Under the pieces are notes generated by a model, which was given only the letters and a program-made list of their open reading frames with translations, was not told where the DNA came from and ran no database searches. The position numbers and the translations under genes were made by a program. A DNA stretch of 64,000 bases from an uncultured Chloroflexia bacterium (GTDB lineage Bacteria; Chloroflexota; Chloroflexia; QHBQ01; JADMIH01): the NCBI GenBank assembly GCA_963797095.1, contig CAWCNY010000002.1, forward strand, positions 1,152,001 to 1,216,000, in the 5' to 3' direction. Numbering within the stretch: position 1 is the first letter of the stretch; every line of letters begins with the position of its first letter. Positions 41,784 to 52,450 of this stretch are shown one piece after another.

Positions 41784-43358
41784 ATGGGAAAAGAAGCGCA
41801 ATCGTCCGCCGTGTCGCCCGTACTGTCGATCCGCTCAAGCGGCTTACTGTTGCATATCAGCTCGTTGCCCGGCTCCTGGGGTATCGGCGATATGGGACCG
41901 GAGGCGCGCCGTTTCGTGGACATCCTGCACCACACCGGCCAGCAGCTATGGGAGGTGCTCCCTCTTGGCCCAACCGGCTATGGCGACTCGCCTTACCAGG
42001 GCCTTTCGGCATTCGCGGGCAACCCCAACCTTATCAGCCCTGAGATGCTGTTGGAAGAGCGCCTGTTGAGCGTGGATGACCTGGCAGGCATGCAGCCTTT
42101 CGGAGAAGGTGGGATCGATTTCGGTGCGGTAATTCCTTTCAAGCGCCAACTCCTTCAGCGGGCTTTCGAGCGATTCCGGGCGGGTCACTCTATTGAGCTG
42201 ATTGAGGAGTTGCATAAGTTCAGTGCAGACCAGTCCGCGTGGGTCGAAGACTATGCTCTCTTCATAGCCCTCAAAGAGGCGCATGACGGGGCCGAGTGGG
42301 CTACTTGGCCGCAGGAATTGATCCGCCGGGAGCCTGCGGCACTGGAGAGCGCCCGACAGGCCCTGGCCGAGCAGGTAGATTACCACGTCTTCGCACAATT
42401 CATATTCTTCCGGCAGTGGCTCAGCCTGAAGAGTTATGCCAACGCGCGCGGCGTGCGTATCGTGGGCGATATCCCGATCTTCATGGGACACGACAGCGCC
42501 GATGTGTGGGCGCACCAGGACCTCTTTTACATGAACGATAAGGGGCAGCTTACCGTGGTGGCAGCCGCTGCGCCCGATTTCTTCATAAGAGAGGGGCAAC
42601 TGTGGGGCAACCCACTCTACCGCTGGGATGTGCTGAAGGAGCGGGGCTACGACTGGTGGCTTGAGCGCATCCGTATGGCCCTCCAGCAGGCAGATGTATT
42701 GCGGCTCGACCACTTCCGAGGTTTCGCTAACGCCTGGGAGGTGAAGGCGGGCGCTCCCAATGCCATTGATGGCAGGTGGGCGCCCGGCCCCGGCGGTGAC
42801 CTCTTTGAAACCATCGCCTGCGAGCTAGGCCCTCTCCCCCTCATTGCTGAGGACCTGGGCCTGATCACCCCCGATGTGCATGCCCTGCGCGCCCAGTTCG
42901 GGTATCCGGGCATGAAGGTCTTGCAAGAGGCCTTCCACGGCGATGCAACCAATATCTATCTGCCCCATAACTACACCCGCGATTTCGTTGTCTACACGGG
43001 CACCCACGATATGCAGACCACCCTCAACTGGTGGCAGACGCTGCCCCCCAGCATACAGCACAAGGCCCGCCTCTACATGGGCACCGACGCCCACGATATA
43101 GTGTGGGACCTGATCCGCCTGGCATTCGCTTCGGTGGCAGATATGGCTATAATCCCTATGCAGGACCTTCTTACCCTGGATAACTCGGCGCGGTTGAACA
43201 CGCCGGGCAACCCTTCAGGTAACTGGACCTGGCGCTACCGCAATGACCAGATAGATTACGGCATAATCGAGCGCCTGCAAACCCTCACGAATATATACGG
43301 GCGAAGCAAACCCGCCGTTGTCGAGAGCGCTCCCGACAGCGGGCCATCTCAGGAATAG
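41784..43358 (+). CDS. malQ: 4-alpha-glucanotransferase (GH77)
   Basis: LLHISSLPG, GDIPIF, WGNPLY, RLDHFRGF, AEDLG, YTGTHD. Confidence 0.95.
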   Translation: MGKEAQSSAVSPVLSIRSSGLLLHISSLPGSWGIGDMGPEARRFVDILHHTGQQLWEVLPLGPTGYGDSPYQGLSAFAGNPNLISPEMLLEERLLSVDDLAGMQPFGEGGIDFGAVIPFKRQLLQRAFERFRAGHSIELIEELHKFSADQSAWVEDYALFIALKEAHDGAEWATWPQELIRREPAALESARQALAEQVDYHVFAQFIFFRQWLSLKSYANARGVRIVGDIPIFMGHDSADVWAHQDLFYMNDKGQLTVVAAAAPDFFIREGQLWGNPLYRWDVLKERGYDWWLERIRMALQQADVLRLDHFRGFANAWEVKAGAPNAIDGRWAPGPGGDLFETIACELGPLPLIAEDLGLITPDVHALRAQFGYPGMKVLQEAFHGDATNIYLPHNYTRDFVVYTGTHDMQTTLNWWQTLPPSIQHKARLYMGTDAHDIVWDLIRLAFASVADMAIIPMQDLLTLDNSARLNTPGNPSGNWTWRYRNDQIDYGIIERLQTLTNIYGRSKPAVVESAPDSGPSQE

Positions 43359-43363
43359 ATATT

Positions 43364-44173
43364 ATGGACTACCGTACTCTGGGAAAAACCGGATTGAAAG
43401 TGCCTGCGGTGGGTATGGGCACATGGCAGACTTTCGACGTGCGAGGCGCAGAGCGGGAGCAAGCCCGTGGCGCGGTGGTTGACGCGGCCATCGAAGAGGG
43501 CGCGACCTTCTTCGATTCGTCACCCATGTATGGCGAGGCCGAGCACGTTCTGAGTCTTGCGCTGGAGGGGAGGCGCGAGCAGGTGCTGGTCGCTACCAAA
43601 GTGTGGGCTGCAAGCCCCGCCGAGGGGCGCGCCCAGATGCACAGGGCGCTCGGCTACTTCGGCGGTTACGTGGACCTCTACCAGCTGCACAATCTCTTGG
43701 CATGGCGCGAGCAACTCAGGTTGTTGGAGCAATTGCGATCCGATGGCAAAGTGCGCGCCATTGGGGCCACGCACTATAGCCCGTCGGCCTTCGGAGAGCT
43801 ACAACGGGTGATGAAGACGGGCCGCATTACCGCCATACAGGTCCCTTACAATCCCCTCCAGCGCGAGGTCGAACATGAGATATTGCCCCTGGCCGCCGAC
43901 CTGGGGCTTGGAGTGGTCATCATGCGCCCGTTCGCCGAGGGCGCGCTTCTCAGGCGGTCGCCCTCACCCGAAAGTCTGGAACCCTTGCAGCCGTTCGGCG
44001 TCACCACCTGGCCGCAAGCCATCCTGAAATGGATCTTGAGCGATCCGCGCTGCCACATCGCCATCCCCGCGACCTCCTGGCCGGAAAGGATGCGCGAGAA
44101 TGCCGTCGCGGGGAATCCTCCCTGGTTCGGGTCGGAAGAGCGCGATCTGGTTGCCAGGATCGCTTTGAGCTAG
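43364..44173 (+). CDS. Aldo/keto reductase
   Basis: GMGTW, DSSPMYG, ATK, DLYQLH. Confidence 0.9.
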   Translation: MDYRTLGKTGLKVPAVGMGTWQTFDVRGAEREQARGAVVDAAIEEGATFFDSSPMYGEAEHVLSLALEGRREQVLVATKVWAASPAEGRAQMHRALGYFGGYVDLYQLHNLLAWREQLRLLEQLRSDGKVRAIGATHYSPSAFGELQRVMKTGRITAIQVPYNPLQREVEHEILPLAADLGLGVVIMRPFAEGALLRRSPSPESLEPLQPFGVTTWPQAILKWILSDPRCHIAIPATSWPERMRENAVAGNPPWFGSEERDLVARIALS

Positions 44174-44354
44174 CATTCCACCCCGAAAACCGGTTCCTGG
44201 CGTTAAATGCTGGCATGAACATTGCAGGCCTGAATAGTTGAGTAAAGATCCTCTACTATTCGGGCTATTGCCGCGCCGCTTTGTCACTAAAATCCGGATC
44301 TTTGTGCGCGGATTGTTAATCAATCAGCCCTGGGAAAGAAAAGGAGTTTGAACG

Positions 44355-44786
44355 ATGAACCAGACACAAATGAACGCCACGAACCAGATGCTGGGGAGTG
44401 CGACGGAACAGGAGTTGCGCAGGTTTGCCAATGAATGGGCCGCAGCCGAGCAGCGTGCCGATATTACCTACCTCGATAGTATCCTGGCGAACGATTTCAT
44501 CGGTATTGGGCCGCGTGGGTTTATGCTGAACAAGAACGAATGGCTCCAACGCCATAAGATGGGCGACCTGAAGTACGAGTCGCTGACCATGAGCGATATG
44601 ACTGTTCGGACTTACGGAGATGCTGCAATCGTCGTCGGAGTTCAGGCGCAGGCGGCGAAATACCAGGGCCAGCCGGTTCCAGGCCAGTTTCGCACAAGTT
44701 TAATCCTTGTGCGTCAGAGTAGCAGATGGCTGATGGTGGGCCTCCAATTAAGCCCTATCGCGGGGCCGCTCCCGGCAAACCGATAA
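44355..44786 (+). CDS. NTF2-like (DUF4440) protein
   Basis: LANDFIGIGPRG, VRTYGDAAIVVG; SD AAGGAG. Confidence 0.85.
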   Translation: MNQTQMNATNQMLGSATEQELRRFANEWAAAEQRADITYLDSILANDFIGIGPRGFMLNKNEWLQRHKMGDLKYESLTMSDMTVRTYGDAAIVVGVQAQAAKYQGQPVPGQFRTSLILVRQSSRWLMVGLQLSPIAGPLPANR

Positions 44787-44850
44787 CAGGAAAGGCAACA
44801 ATAAGGACACTAAATGAAACATCCAGGATTTTAGATGCAGCTTTGCCTAT

Positions 44851-44892
44851 TTTAGAAAGCCCCTCCCCAATTGGGGAGGGGTCGGGGAGGGG
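44851..44892. repeat. REP-like palindrome, with a second copy at 55356-55401
   Basis: TTTAGAAnGCCCCTCCCC...TTGGGGAGGGGT shared by both sites. Confidence 0.6.
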
Positions 44893-44974
44893 CGTTAGAC
44901 TTTTCTAATCCATTCTACGCACGAACCCACAATTCGTGATGACCCATCTATTGCTCAGGGTAAGTCTATTGTCT

Positions 44975-46888
44975 CTATGGGGTCGGCACAACCGGCAACT
45001 CTACCAGCCCCAGGCCCGCGCTCTTTGACATGGAGCCTGCGATCTTCAGCAGGTCATCTTTGGTGAGATTGGGGCCCGAGAGCGCGATGTAGCTCCCTTC
45101 CTGGTCCCACCAGAGGATCGGGCCGCCCGACTCCGGCACTCCCGGCAGATAATGCGCCGTCGTGCCGTTGCCGAGGTCGACTGTTTCGCCTGCTACGTTC
45201 CCTCCGGCGTCCAGGCAGCACCCCTGCGGTCCGTTCAGCACCAGCATGGCCTTTGCGCCATCCTGCGTGTGATAGTTGATCTCTACCCTGTCCTCCGGCT
45301 GCTCGCCGCCCCCAGGCGCTTCAGCCACGAACCCATCGGGAACGTATGTGGGTACGAAGACCGGGTACGCCACCTGCCCGCGGATCTCTGAGAGGGTTGT
45401 AGGTACGATATCGGCGAGAGGAGCGTGGCTGCCCGGCACTGTTGTGAGGCTTGCGGCCACTTTGAGCAATTCGTCCGGTGGCACATTCGCGCTTGCTATC
45501 GAGATCAGCGTGCCATCGCGTAGCACCAGCACAGACGAGGTCGTTCCTGCAACGCCGTTGCGCACCCACGCTCTGCCGCTTTCGAGCGTGACCGGGTCGG
45601 CCTGATCAGTCCAACGTGTCACCAGGGAGTAGGTGGCCTTCTGCTGGCTGATAATCAGCCCGCTTTCTTCCCTACTGCCCGATGATGTTCCACCGGCATG
45701 TGCGTAAATCAATGCTAATCCCTGTGCCGGATCGAGGCGCGGCTGGCCCGGCACCAGCCCGTCAGGCACCACTCCCGGCACGAACAGCGGGAAGTCGGCC
45801 TGCTTCGCAAGCTCCTCAATTCGCTGCTCGAACTGCTCGGCGGTGGTTGTGGGCGCTGGCCTGTCGTCCGCGATTGTTGCCCCGGTAGGGAGCGTGAAGG
45901 TGAAGATGCTATCCTGAATGTCCATGTCATAAGCGATGTTTGTTACCTCGGAGGTTTGCACTGTGTGTGTGTTCCCGGTATCGCGCAGGGTAGACTTGAG
46001 CACGAAGTATGTCTCTTTGTCCAGCCAGAGGGTAAGGGGTCCATTCATCTCAGGCATCGAGGCGCTTGGGCATGATGTTGCCCCCATATCGATCACATAA
46101 GCCGCACGTCCAGCCACTGTATCGTCCCCCGCGAGGCGCGGTTGGTAGCAGTTGCTCACGTCCTGAAGGATCGCGCCGGGGTTGCCCTGGTAGTTTTCCC
46201 AGGCCGAACTCTCCAACCGACCCTGCGAAATCCGCACCGTGTTCTGTTGCGGGTCGTAGCTCCAGATGGTTTCTCCATCGGCAACCGTAACTCGCGATGC
46301 CCGCCCATTCTCAGGGTCTATTTCATAGCGCCACCGGTTGGGCGCTCGGAACCAGGTATGCGCCACTGACTTTTGTTCAGGGGTTGCCACCGATCCGCCA
46401 CTCGACGAAGTGATCTGTTCCACCATCTCGAAAGACGTAATATTGCCTGATGTTACTTCACCGGCGGCATCCTGGGCCTTCTTCACGATCTCGGCGGCAC
46501 TTACCTGCTGTGTCTGTCCTCCCCGGAGAGCAACACCCAGAGCCACTATAGCAAGCATGGCAGCAATTGCCGCCCCGACCGCAGGCCATATGCGCAACGC
46601 GGGCTTGAGCCGCACCGGCTGTAGGGCAGGCTGCGGCTGCCTGGTAGCTTCGCTGGACCTGTTTTTACGTGCCCCGGCAGCCGCTCTACCCTCAAGCTCA
46701 TGGCGGAGCCGGGCGGTAAAAGCAGGTTCGGGGTCGGGTGGTCGCATCTCATCCTCAAGTTGCCGGGCCAGCGCCGCTATCCCCGGATCGAGCTTGATGG
46801 GGGCAACGATCCCCGGCTCGCTGTGCAGCACTTTCCAGTATGAATCGAGCAATTCAGCCTGTTCGATCTCAGTTCCATTCATTTTCAT
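44975..46888 (-). CDS. Putative anti-sigma factor: single TM, LolA-like domain, two DUF4367-like repeats
   Basis: Overlaps the ECF stop (ATGA); DGETIWSYDP, VAGRAAYVI, LWLDKET; repeated P.FVP.Y.PDG...LLK.A.S. Confidence 0.7.
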   Translation of the reverse strand: MKMNGTEIEQAELLDSYWKVLHSEPGIVAPIKLDPGIAALARQLEDEMRPPDPEPAFTARLRHELEGRAAAGARKNRSSEATRQPQPALQPVRLKPALRIWPAVGAAIAAMLAIVALGVALRGGQTQQVSAAEIVKKAQDAAGEVTSGNITSFEMVEQITSSSGGSVATPEQKSVAHTWFRAPNRWRYEIDPENGRASRVTVADGETIWSYDPQQNTVRISQGRLESSAWENYQGNPGAILQDVSNCYQPRLAGDDTVAGRAAYVIDMGATSCPSASMPEMNGPLTLWLDKETYFVLKSTLRDTGNTHTVQTSEVTNIAYDMDIQDSIFTFTLPTGATIADDRPAPTTTAEQFEQRIEELAKQADFPLFVPGVVPDGLVPGQPRLDPAQGLALIYAHAGGTSSGSREESGLIISQQKATYSLVTRWTDQADPVTLESGRAWVRNGVAGTTSSVLVLRDGTLISIASANVPPDELLKVAASLTTVPGSHAPLADIVPTTLSEIRGQVAYPVFVPTYVPDGFVAEAPGGGEQPEDRVEINYHTQDGAKAMLVLNGPQGCCLDAGGNVAGETVDLGNGTTAHYLPGVPESGGPILWWDQEGSYIALSGPNLTKDDLLKIAGSMSKSAGLGLVELPVVPTP

Positions 46889-47508
46889 GCTCCTTGCACC
46901 TCGTTCATATCGTGGTCAAAGAGCGGGCAAAGGGAAGTCCGTAACCTTGCAAGCGCACGCCAGCGGAGCATCTTCACTGCCGCATATGTCTTATCGAGCG
47001 CTGAGGCGATCTGTTCTCCCTTCCAGCCCGCCAGTTGCAACTCAAGTACCGTGCGGTACTCTACCGGCAGCGCCGCTATCGCTGTGCGTAGCGCCGCTTG
47101 TTCGGCCTGCGTGACGGCGGCTGCTTCCGGTGTCAGGGCGGTATCCGCTATGTCGCTCGCGTCCTCGATGGGGTAAGTCTGGTGGCTGCGCCGCCGGTAA
47201 GCGTCGATGATCACATTACTCGCGATCCGGAAGAGCCACGCGATAAAGACCCCGTCCCTGTATCCATTCAACCCGGCCAGCGCCTTCGTGAATACCTCGC
47301 TCGTGGCGTCTTCGGCTGCTTCGTGGTCTCCAAGCCGGATATAGCAGTAGCGGTATATGGGCCCTACATACCGCTCGTAGAGCGGGCCGAAAGCACATGG
47401 ATCGACCTGCGCTGCCGCCACCAACTCCTTATCATCCTGTTCGTGGCCGGTGGGAGTTTCAGAGTTGAACACTTCTTTGGTTGGATGTGATTGGGGCGAT
47501 GTTGGCAA
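46885..47508 (-). CDS. ECF sigma factor
   Basis: AEDATSEVF, AWLFRIASN, region-4 HTH. Confidence 0.9.
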   Translation of the reverse strand: MPTSPQSHPTKEVFNSETPTGHEQDDKELVAAAQVDPCAFGPLYERYVGPIYRYCYIRLGDHEAAEDATSEVFTKALAGLNGYRDGVFIAWLFRIASNVIIDAYRRRSHQTYPIEDASDIADTALTPEAAAVTQAEQAALRTAIAALPVEYRTVLELQLAGWKGEQIASALDKTYAAVKMLRWRALARLRTSLCPLFDHDMNEVQGA

Positions 47509-47723
47509 CTCTCTGCACCTCTCCTCCTATGTAGATTGTCACTTCCATTATGGAAGACGACAAGGAAGTCGAAAAGTAACGCGCCATTTCATAACCGATT
47601 GCCCTCCCGTGCTCGAATGTTCACAATAACACACCAGGGGCCTGCTTGTGGCAGAGCCCCTGGTGTGCTGAGGAAGGGAGAAAGGTAATAATGCTCGCGC
47701 TACCTCATGGTGGTGCAGTCTAT

Positions 47724-48860
47724 CTATTCGAGTACGTTTATGTTCTTCTCCCGGCACATTGTCTTGAGTATCTTAGGCCATACGGTCACGCTCACCTCGC
47801 CCAGGTGTGCCTTCTTGAGCAGGTACATATATGTACGCGCCTGCCCGATGCCGCCTCCTATGCTCAGCGGAATCTCGTGGTTCATAAGCGCCTGGTGATA
47901 AGGCAGATTGAGGAAGTCCGTCTGCCCGCTCATCTCCAACTGCTTGAGAAGAGTCTCAGCTGTTACCCTGATGCCCATTGATGAAAGCTCATGCCGCCTG
48001 CGTGTGACCGGGTTCCAGACCAGGATGTCACCGTTCAGCCCGTGCATCGGCCTCCCATCGTCAGATCGCGTCTCCGTAACCCAATCGTCGTAGTCTGCGG
48101 CCCTCATCTCATGCGGATAGCCGTCCTTGAGCGGCCAGCCTATGCCATAGATGAATACCGCCGGGTACCTCTGTAGGATCGCCGTCTCTCGCTGTTTGCG
48201 CGGGAGGTCAGGGTACATATCCAGTATGTCCTCGGCATGCAGGAACACCAGTTCCTCAGGCAGGTCGGGGTATTTCTCGCTCTTCAATTGAGGGAAGATA
48301 GACTGCACATGCGCCTCAGCGCCCCTCAATACTTTCCAAATCTTCCGCACTATCATCGTCAGGAATTGCAGATTGCGCTCCTCCGGCAGCATCACCCTTT
48401 CCCAGTCCCACTGGTCCACATAGACGCTGTGGTCGTGGTCCAGGAAGTAATCCTTTCGCACGGCGCGCATGTCGGTAAGCAGACCCTCGCCCGGTTCCAT
48501 TCCGAACTGCTTGAGCGCCATCCTCTTCCACTTGGTGGCCGCCTGCACGATCTGCGCGTCAATCGGGTGCTGGTTGTAATCGTTCGAGATATGGAACCCG
48601 ATAGGAGTCCGCGAGCCGTCCCGGTCGAGCATATCGTTCACACCGCTTTCTACGTCTACAATCAGCGGCACCGTCACTCTGATCAGGTTTAGCTCCTTAC
48701 AAAGGTGCTCTTCTATATAGTCTTTGGCCGCGAACAACGCTATCTGCGTTTCCCTGGGTGTCAACAGCGACCTGTAATCGTTCGGTAATACCTTCTCCAA
48801 CTCGCTATAATCCCCAATGCCTGGCCCTGCCAGGTCTGCCTGCTTGGTGGTTGTCACCAT
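47724..48860 (-). CDS. asnA: Aspartate-ammonia ligase
   Basis: HSVYVDQWDWE, RAADYDDW, ELSSMGIRV, SIGGGIGQAR; ATG 48860 follows AAGGAG. Confidence 0.93.
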   Translation of the reverse strand: MVTTTKQADLAGPGIGDYSELEKVLPNDYRSLLTPRETQIALFAAKDYIEEHLCKELNLIRVTVPLIVDVESGVNDMLDRDGSRTPIGFHISNDYNQHPIDAQIVQAATKWKRMALKQFGMEPGEGLLTDMRAVRKDYFLDHDHSVYVDQWDWERVMLPEERNLQFLTMIVRKIWKVLRGAEAHVQSIFPQLKSEKYPDLPEELVFLHAEDILDMYPDLPRKQRETAILQRYPAVFIYGIGWPLKDGYPHEMRAADYDDWVTETRSDDGRPMHGLNGDILVWNPVTRRRHELSSMGIRVTAETLLKQLEMSGQTDFLNLPYHQALMNHEIPLSIGGGIGQARTYMYLLKKAHLGEVSVTVWPKILKTMCREKNINVLE

Positions 48861-49138
48861 AGTTGTACTCTCCTTTGAGTTTACTGTGGTTTCCCTTGCT
48901 GGCGGCTTCTTTTGTCGTGCCGCGGAGGCGTCCCAACTATCCACTGTGAATATAGCAAATGGCGGTATCAGCAACGGTGAACACCGGTGAACGAACGGTG
49001 ACAACCGGATACCAATTGACGCGCTTACCCCTCGGTGCTATGCTATCGACAACCTGATTGCGGATTTCACATGACGGTGGAAATAGCTGCCGGTCTATCG
49101 TCTGACATCTATGGTCCATCTCGTCAACGGATTGCACC

Positions 49139-51871
49139 TTGAATCCAAAACCGGAAACACCAGAGTACACTCGCCTGCACAGCACATCTGAAGGGTGGCG
49201 GCGCTGGGGGTCTTACCTGAGCGAACGCGCCTGGGGCACCGTGCGCGAAGACTATAGCCCCGACGGTTCCGCCTGGTCCTATTTCCCGCACGACCACGCC
49301 CGCTCGCGCGCTTACCGTTGGAACGAAGACGGCCTGGGCGGTATCTGCGATGATGCTCAGCGACTTTGCCTGGCGCTCGCTCTCTGGAACGGGCAGGATC
49401 CCATCCTCAAAGAGCGCCTCTTCGGCCTCTCAGGCCCCGAGGGCAACCACGGCGAAGACGTCAAAGAATACTACTTCTACCTCGATAACACCCCCACCCA
49501 CTCCTACATGAAGATGCTGTACAAGTATCCGCAGCGCGCTTTCCCCTATAACGACCTTGTACAGACCAACCGTCAGCGCGGCAAGGGCGATCCCGAATAT
49601 GAACTCGTAGATACGGGCATCTTCGCTGAAGATCGCTACTTCGACGTTTTTATGGAATACGCCAAGTCGCGCCCTCGCGATATGCTGGTCCGAGTAAGCG
49701 CCACCAACCGTGGCCCCGACCCCGCCGAATTGCACATCCTCCCCACCCTCTGGTTCCGCAATACCTGGAGCTGGCAGGACGAGCACAACGGTATCGAGGC
49801 GGCTCCCACCATGCGCAAGATCGCCCCCGGCATGGTGCTGGCCCAACACCCGACCCTCAAGTCGTACCGCCTCACCTGCCAGGGCGCGCCCGATCTCCTC
49901 TTCACCGAGAACGACACCAACGTGGAGCGCCTTTACGGCGTGCCCAACCCATCTCCCTACGTCAAAGACGGCATCAACAACGCTATAGTCAACGGGCAAA
50001 GCGATGCCGTGAATCCCGCCGCCACAGGCACGAAGTCCTCGGCTCACTACAGTTTCATCATACCTCCGGGTAAGACCGTCAGCATCCGGCTATGTCTGAC
50101 CTCAGTACCCAAGGGCGAAAGCCACGTCCCCCGGCGCGATCCCTTCGCCAACTTCGATGCGATCTTCGAGCAGCGCAGGCAAGAGGCCGACCAATTCTAT
50201 GCCTCCATCCAACCGCCCGCCCTCACCGGCGACGAAAAGCTTGTGCAGCGCCAAGCACTGGCGGGCATGCTCTGGTCCAAGCAGTTCTATCATTACGACG
50301 TGGCCGAATGGCTTAGTGGCGATCCGGGCCAACCCCTTCCCCCTCCACAAAGAGACTATGGTCGCAACCATGAATGGTCGCACCTCAACAGCGCCGACGT
50401 TATGTCCATGCCCGACACCTGGGAGTATCCCTGGTTCGCTGCCTGGGACCTCGCCTTCCACTGCATCCCCCTCGCCCTGGTCGACCCCACCTTCGCCAAA
50501 GAGCAACTCATCCTCCTGGGACGCGAGTGGTACCAGCACCCCAACGGCCAGGTGCCCGCCTACGAATGGAGCTTCGGCGATGTCAATCCGCCCGTGATCG
50601 CCTGGGCCGCCTGGCGCATCTACAAGGTCGAGGAGAAGCTCTACGGCAAAGGCGACCGCGCCTTCCTCGAGCGCGTCTTCCACAAGCAACTCCTCAATTT
50701 CACCTGGTGGGTCAACCGCAAAGACGCTCAAGGTATGAACATATTCCAGGGCGGTTTCCTGGGCCTCGACAACATCGGCGTTTTCGACCGCAGCGCGCCC
50801 CTCCCCACCGGCGGCTACATCAGCCAGAGCGACGGCACAAGCTGGATGGCTATGTTCTGCCTCAACATGCTCACCATCGCCCTCGAACTGGCCGTGCGCG
50901 ACCGCGTCTACGAGGATATAGCCACCAAGTTCTTCGAGCACTTCCTCTATATAGCCGCCGCCATGAACAACATCGGCGGCGATGGCATTCCTCTATGGGA
51001 CGAGACTGACGAATTCTATTACGATGTGCTCCACCTGCCCAGCACCGACGGCTCTCCACCTGTCAACGTCCCCTTGAGGGTCCGCTCTATGGTCGGGCTT
51101 ATTCCCCTCTGTGCGGTCACCATTATTGAGCCTGCTCTCCTCACAGCTCTCCCTGACTTTGACCTCCGCCTGCGCTGGTTCCTCAAATACAAAGCCGAAC
51201 ATGCCAGCCTCGTCTCGCGCTGGTACGATGCCGGTGTGGGCGAGCGCCGCCTGGTTGCCATCCTGCGCGGACATCGCATGAAACGCATTCTCAGCCGCAT
51301 GCTCGATGAGGCCGAATTCCTATCCCCCTACGGCATACGCTCGCTCTCTCGTTACCACGATCAGAATCCCTATGTTCTTGAGTTCGGCGGCGGGCGCTAC
51401 GTGGTGGCTTACGAGCCTGCCGAAGCCGAAAGCGCCCTCTATGGGGGCAACTCCAACTGGCGCGGCCCCGTCTGGTTCCCGGTCAACTATATACTTTTGG
51501 AGGCGATCCAGCGCTTCTATCAATATTACGGCGATGACTTCAAAGTGGAAAGCCCCACCGGCTCAGGTCATCTCCTTACCCTGGGCCAAATTGCCGGCGA
51601 TCTCGCGGACCGCATGATATGTATCTTCCTTCGTAACGCCGAAGGTAAAAGGCCCGTGTTCGGCGACCACCCTTTGTTTTCCACCGATCCCAACTGGTGC
51701 GACTATATACCCTTCTACGAATATTTTCATGGCGACATCGGGGCGGGCCTGGGCGCAAGCCACCAGACCGGCTGGACCGGGCTGGTCGCCGAGCTAATCC
51801 AACAAATGGGCGAAAGCCGCGCACCAGGCGAAGGCCACCCCTCCCCCGACGACCCCGCCGCCTACCCCTGA
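49139..51871 (+). CDS. GH63-like (MGH1-type) glycoside hydrolase
   Basis: [39 protein letters not shown]. Confidence 0.9.
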   Translation: MNPKPETPEYTRLHSTSEGWRRWGSYLSERAWGTVREDYSPDGSAWSYFPHDHARSRAYRWNEDGLGGICDDAQRLCLALALWNGQDPILKERLFGLSGPEGNHGEDVKEYYFYLDNTPTHSYMKMLYKYPQRAFPYNDLVQTNRQRGKGDPEYELVDTGIFAEDRYFDVFMEYAKSRPRDMLVRVSATNRGPDPAELHILPTLWFRNTWSWQDEHNGIEAAPTMRKIAPGMVLAQHPTLKSYRLTCQGAPDLLFTENDTNVERLYGVPNPSPYVKDGINNAIVNGQSDAVNPAATGTKSSAHYSFIIPPGKTVSIRLCLTSVPKGESHVPRRDPFANFDAIFEQRRQEADQFYASIQPPALTGDEKLVQRQALAGMLWSKQFYHYDVAEWLSGDPGQPLPPPQRDYGRNHEWSHLNSADVMSMPDTWEYPWFAAWDLAFHCIPLALVDPTFAKEQLILLGREWYQHPNGQVPAYEWSFGDVNPPVIAWAAWRIYKVEEKLYGKGDRAFLERVFHKQLLNFTWWVNRKDAQGMNIFQGGFLGLDNIGVFDRSAPLPTGGYISQSDGTSWMAMFCLNMLTIALELAVRDRVYEDIATKFFEHFLYIAAAMNNIGGDGIPLWDETDEFYYDVLHLPSTDGSPPVNVPLRVRSMVGLIPLCAVTIIEPALLTALPDFDLRLRWFLKYKAEHASLVSRWYDAGVGERRLVAILRGHRMKRILSRMLDEAEFLSPYGIRSLSRYHDQNPYVLEFGGGRYVVAYEPAEAESALYGGNSNWRGPVWFPVNYILLEAIQRFYQYYGDDFKVESPTGSGHLLTLGQIAGDLADRMICIFLRNAEGKRPVFGDHPLFSTDPNWCDYIPFYEYFHGDIGAGLGASHQTGWTGLVAELIQQMGESRAPGEGHPSPDDPAAYP

Positions 51872-51939
51872 CGACCCCGCCGCCTACCCCTGACGACGAA
51901 AGATGAAAGATATCAAGTGACGGTGCCGATTAAGCAACG

Positions 51940-52006
51940 CGCAATACGCAATACGCAATACGCAATACGCAATACGCAATACGCAATACGCAATACGCAA
52001 TACGCA
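51940..52006. repeat. Heptamer tandem repeat (CGCAATA)x9
   Basis: Read directly from the sequence. Confidence 0.95.
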
Positions 52007-52178
52007 GTGCGTCACCCCCATTACACATACACGCCGTTTCATCTGTTCTAACCTTGCTTATGCCTTGTCACACGTGCAGATCCAGGCAATAAAGTACTGA
52101 TTCATGCGCAATCTCGCTACCAAAAGTAGTAGTACCAAACTACCATCTGGACACACACCTTTAGGTATCTTCACCCCC

Positions 52179-52208
52179 TTGTAATATCCACAGTGCCCTT
52201 GCTATAAT
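52179..52208 (+). promoter_or_regulatory. Candidate sigma70 promoter of the sensor gene
   Basis: TTGTAA, 18-bp spacer, TATAAT with extended -10 TG. Confidence 0.55.
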
Positions 52209-52450
52209 CTAGTGTGGCCTCATCCTGCCTTCTCTCTTTCGTGCCTGGCTACCAGCCTGGTTATCGTCCGAGATAAGTACAGTTTGCCTCGCTATGGCTT
52301 GATCAATTACTACTGAAATGTGCATCGTTACTTCACGAGTAACAACTCAATAAACAGTGTCTATTCCTTCATCACGTTTCACGTATCACGTATTACTTAT
52401 CACGTATTACCAATTTCACGATAGCAAAAGTTCCCTGCGGGGAAACAAGG

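Noticed and set aside
51848-51897. 22-bp tandem duplication at the glycosidase stop
   Set aside because: Looks like local slippage; no associated element or att context.
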